From: Gammaproteobacteria bacterium
Lineage (GTDB): Bacteria; Pseudomonadota; Gammaproteobacteria; SG8-11
Length of the DNA stretch: 64,000 nucleotides
Assembly (NCBI GenBank): GCA_031363085.1
Contig: JANLTU010000245.1
Location: 8,500 to 72,499, forward strand
Direction of reading: 5' to 3'
Notes under the pieces: generated by a model
What the model saw: only the letters and a program-made list of their open reading frames with translations
Databases searched by the model: none
Told to the model about the DNA's origin: nothing
Translations under genes and position numbers: made by a program
Part shown: one piece after another, positions 32,878 to 41,249 of the stretch
Layout of the letters: every line of letters starts with the position of its first letter
Position numbering within the stretch: position 1 is the stretch's first letter

Positions 32878-33183
32878 TTAGGCTGCGTGACGATGTACAC
32901 GCTTCTCCACTTCCGCACCCACCGTGCGCTGGGCCAAGCGCAAGTCATAATCCGCCTGGAGTCCCATCCAAACTTCGGGTGATACGCCAAAGTATTTTCC
33001 CAGACGTAATGCCGTATCTGCCGTGATTCCACGCTTTCCGTTCACAATGGCGCTGATGCGCCCCGGCGGCACCACGATCTCGCGCGCCAAGCGGTTGATG
33101 CTGATGTCCATCGGCTGCATGAATTCTTCGAAAAGAATCTCACCGGGGTGGATTGGAGTAAGTAGTTTTGATTTAGCTGCCAT
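32878..33183 (-). CDS. higA: HigA-family antitoxin
   Basis: PIHPGEILFEEF, RGITADTALRL, WMGLQADYDL. Confidence 0.93.
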   Translation of the reverse strand: MAAKSKLLTPIHPGEILFEEFMQPMDISINRLAREIVVPPGRISAIVNGKRGITADTALRLGKYFGVSPEVWMGLQADYDLRLAQRTVGAEVEKRVHRHAA

Positions 33184-33191
33184 AGTTCACC

Positions 33192-33470
33192 TTAGTGGTA
33201 ATCGACTATTTCGACGTCGTAAGCATCTCCATCCTTCCAGCTAAAGCAAAGACGCCATTGGTCGTTGACGCGAACACTGTATTGTCCTTTGCGGTTGGCT
33301 TTAAGTGCTTCTAGACGGTTTCCCGGTGGTGCGCGCAGATCGTCCAGCACTTTTGCGCGATGCAGATACAGCAATTTGCGGCGTGCAACGCGTTCGATTG
33401 CTCGAAACCGCATATTGTCCTGATCGCGAAACAACGCTTCGGTATCGCTACAATTGAAGGATCGGATCAT
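33192..33470 (-). CDS. higB: HigB (RelE-family) toxin
   Basis: MIRSF, DLRAPPGNRLEAL, GQYSVRVNDQWR, C-terminal EIVDYH; toxin-first gene order. Confidence 0.93.
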   Translation of the reverse strand: MIRSFNCSDTEALFRDQDNMRFRAIERVARRKLLYLHRAKVLDDLRAPPGNRLEALKANRKGQYSVRVNDQWRLCFSWKDGDAYDVEIVDYH

Positions 33471-33483
33471 GATTGAGGTAGAC

Positions 33484-33508
33484 TATGACGCGCTGCGTAA
33501 TATGTAAA
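33484..33508 (-). promoter_or_regulatory. higBA promoter with HigA-type operator
   Basis: Imperfect palindrome TATGACGC-GCT-GCGTAATA next to a minus-strand TTTACA. Confidence 0.55.
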
Positions 33509-33547
33509 GCGATCTAGTCTATATTCCGGCTAGGAGATATGCCACAG

Positions 33548-34423
33548 TCAGCTAAAGACTGCCTGCGCATCAAACACCGGCCCATCCACACACACACGCT
33601 TCATGTACACACCGGTATCGGTCTTGACTTCTACGGTGCAACCCGCACAACCGCCAACGGCGCAGGCCATGAATTCTTCCAGCGATACTTGGCAGGGCAA
33701 GGCAAATTCGCCGGCCAGTTTAGCGGTGGCGTGCAGCATTGGGTGTGGGCCGCAGGCGAAGATTTCCACTTCGTTGCGTTGCGCGGGGGTCAGCGTGTTA
33801 AGCCAAGCGCGTGCGACATCGGTGACGTAGCCGTCGAAACAGCCGGGGTAATTTTGTTGGCTGGCGAGGCGGCTTGCGATGCCCCAGTCTTCCATTAACG
33901 GCATCGCGGCGATGACGCCGGGCGGCATGCCGGGCACGATGATATGCGAGGGCCGCGTGGTGAACGGGAACGGCACTTCCGAGCCCATGATGACGAATGG
34001 CTTGTAAGTTTTATCGGTGCGCAGATGCTCGGCCAGAAATACCATCGGTGGTATGCCGACGCCGCCACCGATCAGCAATGCGCGCGGCCGTTCGAGGTGC
34101 GGTGTGAACGGTACGCCGATGGGGCCAAGAATTGACAAACTCTCGCCGATTTTGCGCGTTGCGAGCAAGCGCGTGCCCTCGCCCAGGACTTTGTACAGAA
34201 AATCCACCCAGCCTTCCTGCGTGCTCACGCGCATGATCGACAGCGGCCGCCGCATCGGCAGCATGTCAGCGCAGCGGATGTGCACAAAGCTGCCCGGCTG
34301 CGCGCGCGCAGCGACACGCGGTGCATGGACACGCAACACGTATTGATCACCCGGATGCGCGCTGTGCGCGAGGATGTGCGCGTCGTCTTCGAGGCAGATG
34401 CTGTTGCGGTGGGGTTGGTTCAT
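33548..34423 (-). CDS. pyrK: Dihydroorotate dehydrogenase electron-transfer subunit (PyrK-like)
   Basis: RRPLSI, GGGVGIPP, ACGP, EEFMACAVGGCAGC..CVDGPVF [2Fe-2S] motif; start reset to ATG 34423. Confidence 0.88.
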   Translation of the reverse strand: MNQPHRNSICLEDDAHILAHSAHPGDQYVLRVHAPRVAARAQPGSFVHIRCADMLPMRRPLSIMRVSTQEGWVDFLYKVLGEGTRLLATRKIGESLSILGPIGVPFTPHLERPRALLIGGGVGIPPMVFLAEHLRTDKTYKPFVIMGSEVPFPFTTRPSHIIVPGMPPGVIAAMPLMEDWGIASRLASQQNYPGCFDGYVTDVARAWLNTLTPAQRNEVEIFACGPHPMLHATAKLAGEFALPCQVSLEEFMACAVGGCAGCTVEVKTDTGVYMKRVCVDGPVFDAQAVFS

Positions 34424-34450
34424 GACTTGTGCTCCGGCGGGTTTCGCACC

Positions 34451-34474
34451 AGGGTGCGGCAAGCAGCGCCCTAC
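34451..34474 (-). repeat. REP-like palindrome
   Basis: Minus strand GTAGGGCGCTGCTTGCCGCACCCT: GTAG tetranucleotide followed by a GC stem. Confidence 0.5.
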
Positions 34475-34476
34475 GT

Positions 34477-35751
34477 TTAATTTTGAAAGACGATGCGGCC
34501 GCCGACCAGCGTGTAACACACGCGCCCCTGTAATTCCCAGCCGCTAAAGGGGGTGTTGCGTCCTTGGCTGACGAGCTGGGTTTCGCTCACGGTCCAAAAC
34601 GCGTGCGGATCGTAGATACACAGGTCGGCGGCGACGCCGATGTTCAGCGTGCCGGCGTTGATGCCCAGAATCTTGGCGGGGCCGTAGGTTATGCGGTTGA
34701 TGAGGTCGCTGAGTCGCATGCCGGCTTCTTCGCCCGCGCGCAGACTCAGCGGCAACAAGGTTTCGAGCGCCGAGATACCGGGTTCGGTTTCGGCGAACGG
34801 CGCCAGTTTGGCGTCGGCGTCGTGCGGCTGGTGGTCGGAGCAGATCGCCGCGAGCGTGCCGCGCAAAAGTCCGGTGAGCAAGCCGGCACGATCACGCGCA
34901 CTGCGCAGTGGGGGCCGGATGTGACAATGGGTATTGAAGTCGGCGACGTCCATGTCGGTGAGGTGCAAATGGTGGGCGGTGACGTCGGTGCTGATCGGCA
35001 CGCCGTCGTATTGCACGCGTGCCACCATCTGCACCGCGCGCGCGGTCGACAGATTGCCGAAGTGGGCGCGCACGCCAGTCTGCTGGATCAGCAGCAGGTC
35101 GCGGCCCACCGCAACGGTCTCGGCGGTTTCCGGAATTCCGGTCAAGCCCAGGCGCACGCTCACCGCGCTTTCGTGCATCACGCCACCACCCAGCCAGGGA
35201 TCTTCGCTATGCAAAAATACCGTGAGATCGAGGCTCGCGGCGTATTCCAGCGCGCGGCGCATGACCTGGGTGTCGGTGATCGCATGGAGCGCGTTGCTGA
35301 CGCCGACGCAGCCGGCTTGTTTGAGCGCGTGCATTTCGGAAAGCTGCGTGCCCTGCAAGCCTTGCGTCAACGCACCTAATGTCACAACCCGCGCCTTGCC
35401 GGCAAGTCCAGCGCGGTGATGAATCAGATCGGCGACCGCCGGGTTGTCGATCACCGGGTCGGTGTCGGGCGGGCAGCACAGCGTGGTCACACCGCCCGCC
35501 ACCGCAGCCGCGCATTCGCTGGCGATGGTGCCTTTGTGTTCGTGGCCCGGTTCACGGGGACGCGCGCGCAAGTCCACTAGCCCGGGGCACAGCACCAAGC
35601 CGGCCGCTTCAATGACGTGTTCGGCGGCAAAACCCAGCGGCGCATGCAGCACGCCGGCGATGCGGCCGTCGGCAATCCACACGTCGCCGAGCTGGTCGAT
35701 TTGATTGGCCGGGTCGACGACGCGGGCACCGCGAATATGGATGCGTTTCAC
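34477..35751 (-). CDS. pyrC: Dihydroorotase-like protein, probably the inactive PyrC' partner of ATCase
   Basis: Amidohydrolase fold (PGLVDL..REPG, SDHQPH), but the metal-binding HxH is replaced by RAR. Confidence 0.88.
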   Translation of the reverse strand: MKRIHIRGARVVDPANQIDQLGDVWIADGRIAGVLHAPLGFAAEHVIEAAGLVLCPGLVDLRARPREPGHEHKGTIASECAAAVAGGVTTLCCPPDTDPVIDNPAVADLIHHRAGLAGKARVVTLGALTQGLQGTQLSEMHALKQAGCVGVSNALHAITDTQVMRRALEYAASLDLTVFLHSEDPWLGGGVMHESAVSVRLGLTGIPETAETVAVGRDLLLIQQTGVRAHFGNLSTARAVQMVARVQYDGVPISTDVTAHHLHLTDMDVADFNTHCHIRPPLRSARDRAGLLTGLLRGTLAAICSDHQPHDADAKLAPFAETEPGISALETLLPLSLRAGEEAGMRLSDLINRITYGPAKILGINAGTLNIGVAADLCIYDPHAFWTVSETQLVSQGRNTPFSGWELQGRVCYTLVGGRIVFQN

Positions 35752-36749
35752 CGTGTGTCCCCACTGCGGCGGGCCTCGCCGTCATCGTTGTTCGCGCCGC
35801 GCCCCAGCACCATCGCCATGACCGCCATGCGCACCGCGATGCCGTTGGTCACTTGTTCGAGAATCACCGAGCGCGGGCCGTCAGCCACGCGTGAGTCGAT
35901 TTCGACGCCGCGATTGATCGGGCCGGGGTGCATCACGATGGCGTCGGGTTTGGCGCAGGAAAGTTTGTCTTCGGTCAGGCCGTAGAGTTGGTAGTACTCG
36001 TGTTCGCTGGGCAAGAACGCGCCTTGCATGCGTTCCTTTTGCACGCGCAGCATCATCACCACGTCGACATCGGCAAGCCCGGTGCGCAGATCGTGAAACA
36101 CATGCACGCCGAAGGTGCCGACATCGCGCGGGATTAATGTTTTGGGGCCGATGACACGAATTTCGTGGGTGCCCAGCAGTGACAAGGCGTGAATCTGCGA
36201 GCGTGCCACGCGCGAGTGCAGAATATCGCCGACAATCGCGATGCGCAGTTTATGAAACTCACCCTTGTGCTGGCGGATGGTGAACATGTCGAGCATCGCC
36301 TGAGTGGGGTGCGCGTGGCAGCCGTCGCCGGCGTTGACCACGCTGATGTGCGGCGCCACGTGGCGCGCGATGAAGTGCGCCGCGCCGCTGCTCGCATGGC
36401 GCACCACAAACATGTCGCAGTGCATCGCTTCCAGATTGCGCAGCATGTCCAACATGCTCTCGCCCTTGCTGGTTGCCGAAGTGGAAATGTTGATATTGAG
36501 CACGTCGGCCGACAGGCGTTTGGCTGCCAGCTCAAAGGTGGTGCGGGTGCGCGTGCTGGCTTCGAAAAATAAATTGGTGATGGTCTTGCCGCGCAGCAGC
36601 GGGACTTTTTTTACCGCTTGCGCGCCGACCCCGGCGAACGACTCAGCGGTGTCGAGAATTTCGGTGAGTATCGGCCGGGTTAAACCTTCAACCGTGAGAA
36701 AGTGGCGCAGCCGACCCTTGTCGTCGAGTTGGAGATTGCGCGTGGTCAT
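35748..36749 (-). CDS. pyrB: Aspartate carbamoyltransferase
   Basis: [34 protein letters not shown]. Confidence 0.97.
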   Translation of the reverse strand: MTTRNLQLDDKGRLRHFLTVEGLTRPILTEILDTAESFAGVGAQAVKKVPLLRGKTITNLFFEASTRTRTTFELAAKRLSADVLNINISTSATSKGESMLDMLRNLEAMHCDMFVVRHASSGAAHFIARHVAPHISVVNAGDGCHAHPTQAMLDMFTIRQHKGEFHKLRIAIVGDILHSRVARSQIHALSLLGTHEIRVIGPKTLIPRDVGTFGVHVFHDLRTGLADVDVVMMLRVQKERMQGAFLPSEHEYYQLYGLTEDKLSCAKPDAIVMHPGPINRGVEIDSRVADGPRSVILEQVTNGIAVRMAVMAMVLGRGANNDDGEARRSGDTR

Positions 36750-37252
36750 GGCGATTCCAATACCGTGAGTTTAAGCGGCTCGGGGCCGCTGAGCTTGACA
36801 TGCTCGTGCGCGGCGAGCGGCATGCGCTCACCCACCACGCAGGCTTCGACCGGCAGTTCACGGCCACCGCGATCCACCAGCACCACCAGCAACACCGACG
36901 CCGGTCGGCCCCAGTCAAAAATTTCGTTGAGCGCGGCGCGCACGGTGCGGCCGGTGTGCAACACGTCGTCGACCAGAATGACGTGTTGGTCGTCGAGGGT
37001 GTGCGGCAAGCGCGACGGTTTGACTTGCGGATTAATGCCGATGCGGGTGAAGTCGTCGCGGTAAAAAGAAATGTCAAGCTCGCCCAACGGCTGGCTCAGG
37101 CCGAGGCGCTGATGCAGTTGCCGTGCGATCCACACGCCACCGGTGTGGATGCCCACCATGGTCGGCGCACGTATCGCGCGTTGCTCAAGCAACGCTTTGA
37201 GCTCGGCCGCCATGCGGTCCAGGAGGGCATTGAGGTCGCGGGTCGTCGGCAT
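36746..37252 (-). CDS. pyrR: Pyrimidine operon regulator / UPRTase PyrR
   Basis: [33 protein letters not shown]; TAATG overlap with ruvX. Confidence 0.94.
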   Translation of the reverse strand: MPTTRDLNALLDRMAAELKALLEQRAIRAPTMVGIHTGGVWIARQLHQRLGLSQPLGELDISFYRDDFTRIGINPQVKPSRLPHTLDDQHVILVDDVLHTGRTVRAALNEIFDWGRPASVLLVVLVDRGGRELPVEACVVGERMPLAAHEHVKLSGPEPLKLTVLESP

Positions 37253-37659
37253 TAGCGCTGCTGCTCCAACCAACTTTGCAGGATCAATTGGGCGGCGAGT
37301 TTATCAGAATCGCGGTCGCGCTTGGAGCCCGACTGCGCCAGGATGCGCTGCGCCTCGATGGTCGACAAACGTTCGTCCATGCTGTGCACCGGGAGCCGGT
37401 AACGCTCGCGCAACTGATTGCCGAAGCGTCGCGCAAACGCGGTGCGTGGATTTTCACTGTCGTCCATGTTCAGCGGCAGGCCCACCACCAGGGCGGCGGG
37501 TTGCCAGTCGGCGATCAGCCGCGCGATGCCGTTCCAGTCGGGTTGGTTGTTGACCGATTGCAAGGTCACCACGCCGGTGGCGGTGCGGGTGATCTCCTGC
37601 CCGACTGCAACGCCGATGCGCCGGGTGCCATAGTCAAAACCGAGATAAGAGTTGGGCAT
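37252..37659 (-). CDS. ruvX: Holliday-junction resolvase-like / pre-16S rRNA nuclease YqgF
   Basis: GFDYGTRRIGVA, VVGLP, DERLST. Confidence 0.95.
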   Translation of the reverse strand: MPNSYLGFDYGTRRIGVAVGQEITRTATGVVTLQSVNNQPDWNGIARLIADWQPAALVVGLPLNMDDSENPRTAFARRFGNQLRERYRLPVHSMDERLSTIEAQRILAQSGSKRDRDSDKLAAQLILQSWLEQQR

Positions 37660-37662
37660 GGG

Positions 37663-37769
37663 GTGACGGCGTAATGTTGAATGCTTAATGGTAAATGTTT
37701 AGTGGAAGTGTGCGCAGAGCGCACTGCGTAATTAAACATTCAAAATTCAGTATTCAAACTTGCCGTCAC
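37663..37769. repeat. Heptamer-armed long imperfect hairpin, copy 1
   Basis: GTGACGGC..AATGTTG AATGCTT AATGGTA AATGTTT..GTGCGC-AGA-GCGCAC..AAACATT CAAAATT CAGTATT CAAACTT GCCGTCAC. Confidence 0.75.
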
Positions 37770-38329
37770 GCATGTCCGATGTCGTTCGACATGCGCGACA
37801 GATCGATGCCCAGCGATGCGGCGGCCACCTCCCAGCGCTTGTCCACTGGGGTGTCGAACATGACCTTGACGTCGGCCGGTCCGCTTAGCCACGCGTTTTC
37901 GGCCATTTCTTTTTCCAGTTGGCCGGCGCCCCAGCCGGCGTAGCCCAGTGCGATCAGCGCTTGCTTCGGCCCCTTGCCCGCCGCTACCGCCGCCACGATG
38001 TCGCGCGAGGTGGTCACGCCGATGCGACTGGCGACGCGCAAGGTGGATTCCCACTTGCCGATCGGCTTGTGGATTACGAAGCCACGGTCGGTATGCACCG
38101 GCCCGCCCAAAAACACTGCCTGCTGCGATATGTCGGGGTTCGCGCCTTCAATCTTCATCTGCTCCAACACCTCGCCGAATTTCAGGTCCAGCGGACGGTT
38201 GATCACAATGCCCATGGCACCGCTGGGATTGTGTTCGCAAATGTAGGTGACGCTGTGATGGAAATTCGGATCAGCCAAAGCCGGCATGGCGATCAGGAAG
38301 TGATTGGTCAAGGAGGTGAATTCAGTCAT
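37766..38329 (-). CDS. yqgE: YqgE/AlgH family protein
   Basis: FLIAMP, GGPV, LGYAGWGAGQLE, ENAWL, GHA C-terminus. Confidence 0.95.
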   Translation of the reverse strand: MTEFTSLTNHFLIAMPALADPNFHHSVTYICEHNPSGAMGIVINRPLDLKFGEVLEQMKIEGANPDISQQAVFLGGPVHTDRGFVIHKPIGKWESTLRVASRIGVTTSRDIVAAVAAGKGPKQALIALGYAGWGAGQLEKEMAENAWLSGPADVKVMFDTPVDKRWEVAAASLGIDLSRMSNDIGHA

Positions 38330-38380
38330 AGCCCTAGCTTCGCATGTGACATGCACGCATACAACAAATCCGACAGGCTA

Positions 38381-39283
38381 CTAGCGGGTATCGACGATAC
38401 CGCCCGGTAAAAATTGCCAGGTGCGAGTGATATGCAGCACCGTAAAATCTTTCCTAAAGCTGGGCGGGAATGGTGCGAACGGCGCGGCTAAATGCACGAT
38501 GCGGCGTGCGGCGTCGTCCAGTATTTTTTGGCCCGACGAGCGCCGGATGGTGACATCCACGATGGTGCCGTCGGGATTGATCGCGACGTCTAACAGCAGA
38601 TCGCCCTTTAAATTGCGCCGCCGTGCTTCATCGGGGAAGTTCACGCTGCCGACTTTTTCGATCTTGCGCTCCCAGTCCGCCAAGTACGACGCGTATTTGT
38701 ATTCCTTCGCGTTCGCTCCGGTAATGAATTTGGGTTTAGGACGTTTGGCGCTGACTTCGAGCTGCTCGCCCAGCGAGGCGTTCAAGCGTGCGATTTCCTG
38801 GCCGCGCCGCACCAAGTCTGCCGCGCTGGGTGTTTTCATTTCCGGGATTTCCGGGCTCTGTGGTTTTTTGTTCGGCGCCACGTAGTCGGAGCGCGTTGCG
38901 GTGAGCACCTCGCGCTGCACGTCATCCGGTCGCGGCTGTTGTTTGATCTGCGGCATGAATTCCGGCGAGGTGGTGTCGTCGGCGGTGGTGATCATGGAGG
39001 GATTAGGTGTGGTCGGCCGACGCTTGTCGGGCGCCTCGCCGCCGCCTTCTTGGTTGGACTGTGCCAAAAAATCCGCTTTCTCGGGCGCACGGTCGGAACG
39101 ATTGGGCACCAGAATAACTTCTAGCGTCGGTGACATGCTGTCGTTGTCGTTGTGATCGAGCGGATTGAAGGTGACGCCCAAAATAATAATGACGTTGATC
39201 AGCGCCGATAAGAACAGCGTGAAGCCGAAACGATCCCCAGCGGAAATGCGCGGCGATTTATAGACCGGAGGTACTGTGCTCAT
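38381..39283 (-). CDS. TonB-family protein (TonB3-like)
   Basis: N-terminal TM, ADFLAQSNQEGGG, TonB_C domain SSGQKILDDAA..ITRTWQF. Confidence 0.85.
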   Translation of the reverse strand: MSTVPPVYKSPRISAGDRFGFTLFLSALINVIIILGVTFNPLDHNDNDSMSPTLEVILVPNRSDRAPEKADFLAQSNQEGGGEAPDKRRPTTPNPSMITTADDTTSPEFMPQIKQQPRPDDVQREVLTATRSDYVAPNKKPQSPEIPEMKTPSAADLVRRGQEIARLNASLGEQLEVSAKRPKPKFITGANAKEYKYASYLADWERKIEKVGSVNFPDEARRRNLKGDLLLDVAINPDGTIVDVTIRRSSGQKILDDAARRIVHLAAPFAPFPPSFRKDFTVLHITRTWQFLPGGIVDTR

Positions 39284-39837
39284 ACGGATGCGGCTTCCAA
39301 ACGTTTAATGACAACATCGGCGACAGCGCCGCTTGCGACGCCAAACACCAGGGAGACGGTTAATAATATCGGTAGCAAGTGGAATAAACCTTCATGCGGT
39401 ACAAACAGCGCATAGGCTACCCAGAATTGTCCCACCATGTGCGCCCACGCCGCCAGCACGCTTAAGCCGATAGGCCCCGGTGCCCAACGTGGTGCCCAGC
39501 GTGCCACCCAAGCTGCCGGACCCAATACTAGTAACGCACAAAATGCCCCGGACAAGCTTAAGACAAACGTCGGCGACAAAAATGTGCCCAACAGCAAAGA
39601 ACCTGCCAGCACCCGCAGGCCGTTTACCCACGCGGCCGTCGCCCAGCCGTAGCGACACAACACCACAATCGTCACCACATTGGCCAGCCCCGGCTTCACG
39701 CCCGGCAGCGGACTGGGCAGCGCACTTTCCATAATATGGATGGTGATTGCCAGCGCCGCAAGCCAAGCGATGCGGTGATCGGTACGCGTCGTCAGTAATA
39801 CGACGTGCGCAGCGGGCTTCGGGTTCACGCCGCGCAC
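39280..39837 (-). CDS. Gx transporter family / heptaprenyl-PP synthase component I-like membrane protein
   Basis: PLPGVKPGLAN, GLS...AWAHMVGQ motifs; multiple TM segments. Confidence 0.85.
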   Translation of the reverse strand: MRGVNPKPAAHVVLLTTRTDHRIAWLAALAITIHIMESALPSPLPGVKPGLANVVTIVVLCRYGWATAAWVNGLRVLAGSLLLGTFLSPTFVLSLSGAFCALLVLGPAAWVARWAPRWAPGPIGLSVLAAWAHMVGQFWVAYALFVPHEGLFHLLPILLTVSLVFGVASGAVADVVIKRLEAASV

Positions 39838-40206
39838 TTAAAAATTAATCGAATCATAATAGTCGCCACCCGCCCCCTGCCCGAGCACGCTGACACTAAC
39901 GCGGTTCGGCACGCAGGCGATAAACTCCCCGCCGCGTTTCGCCCAGCCGGAACGCACGCACTGTTGGCCCTGGCAGGGCGAATGGGTGAAGCGAATCTGG
40001 CCGGCGCGCACTTCGATCTCGCTGATGCCAAGCACACCGGGCACGCGGTACACCTGTGCACGGGACAACGGCACCTGCGCGTAGATCGAATTGCCGACCG
40101 TGATGCGTGCCTGCGTACCGCTGCTGCCCGGCAGGCCGTAGCGCACAAACAGCGCCGGCAAGGCGAGTGCGCACAACCCCAGCACGGCGTAGTCGCCGCG
40201 CGTCAC
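39838..40206 (-). CDS. NusG domain II-containing (DUF1312-like) protein
   Basis: N-terminal TM; SPCQGQQCVRSGW and IACVPNRV motifs. Confidence 0.85.
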   Translation of the reverse strand: MTRGDYAVLGLCALALPALFVRYGLPGSSGTQARITVGNSIYAQVPLSRAQVYRVPGVLGISEIEVRAGQIRFTHSPCQGQQCVRSGWAKRGGEFIACVPNRVSVSVLGQGAGGDYYDSINF

Positions 40207-41249
40207 AATGACTCGCTGAGCACCACCTGCGGCGGCGGATCGATTTCGAAGTGAATGCGTTTGGCGGTGGCCGGGTCCATGTACACGCGTCCCGCCGCAT
40301 CCACCAGCATGGCGGACTTGACGCCCATCGCTTTCGCCACCGCGTACCAGTCTTTAATACCCGCCACCATCAGCGCCGTGGCGGCGGCATCGGCAAATGT
40401 GGCTTCCGCGTCGATCACGGTGGCGGACGCAGCACCTTGTGTCGGCAGGCCGGTGCGCGGGTCCAGAATATGGTGATAGCGCTTGCCGTCATAAATATAA
40501 AAACGTTCGTAATCGCCCGAGGTCACCACGCTCTCGTCGCGATTCATTTGCAGTGATGCCAGCACCCCTGCGCCGCGCGGATTACGGATGCCGATACGCC
40601 ATGGTTGTGCGCCGTGGCTGCCGAGCACACGCACGTCGCCGCTGATATTAACAATCGCGTTGTGGATGCCGGCCAGCTTGAAGCCTTCGATCAGCACGTC
40701 GGCGGCATAACCTTGCGCGATGCCGCCGAAGTCCAAGATCACGGCCGGGTTATGGCTTTCGATTTCTACGCCGGTCACTTGCAGGTCGCTCATGCGTGGC
40801 TGTTGCGCCAACACGGCGGCGATGTGCGCTGGGGTCGGTGGCGGTCCCGCCGGCGGCGGATCGTCGGTTTGAAACCCCCACAGGCGAATCAGATTGCCGA
40901 TGGCGGGATTGAACAGCCCGCCGCTGCGTCGCGACAGCTCGGTGCTCTTGGCGATCAGCGGCAACACCGAAGTTGCGGCGGTAAAACGTCCGCCCAATGC
41001 AAACAGCGAATTCATACGCGCCAGCGAACCCGGATGCCAGGGGTCGAAATTTCCGTGCATAAACTTCAGGTCGCTTTGCGCGCTCGCCACAGCAGCTTTG
41101 GCACGCGCGGCGTCGACGCCGTACACGGTGAACTCCACCAACGCACCCATCGCATAGCCGGATTCTTTGTAGAGCGTGTCATTGCCGGGTGAGCAGGCAC
41201 ACAAACCGAACAGCGCAATGCAGACGAAGGCGAGAGCATCGCAGCGCAT
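40203..41249 (-). CDS. apbE: FAD:protein FMN transferase ApbE (lipoprotein)
   Basis: Lipobox LCAC, DFGGIAQGY, TSGDYER, HHILDPRTG, ADAAATAL. Confidence 0.93.
   Translation of the reverse strand: MRCDALAFVCIALFGLCACSPGNDTLYKESGYAMGALVEFTVYGVDAARAKAAVASAQSDLKFMHGNFDPWHPGSLARMNSLFALGGRFTAATSVLPLIAKSTELSRRSGGLFNPAIGNLIRLWGFQTDDPPPAGPPPTPAHIAAVLAQQPRMSDLQVTGVEIESHNPAVILDFGGIAQGYAADVLIEGFKLAGIHNAIVNISGDVRVLGSHGAQPWRIGIRNPRGAGVLASLQMNRDESVVTSGDYERFYIYDGKRYHHILDPRTGLPTQGAASATVIDAEATFADAAATALMVAGIKDWYAVAKAMGVKSAMLVDAAGRVYMDPATAKRIHFEIDPPPQVVLSESL

Noticed and set aside
32844-33032. 62-aa ORF ending ..LKSRPSTKRR, and the 28328-28543 ORF
   Set aside because: These are out-of-frame reads across higA and the pyrK end copies or relic mosaic, with no coding support.
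28461-33631. Repeated CATCAAACACCGG..CACACAC motif as a CRISPR repeat or microsatellite
   Set aside because: Spacing is kilobases and the motif is the pyrK coding end (RVCVDGPVFD); reported as gene-end duplicates instead.
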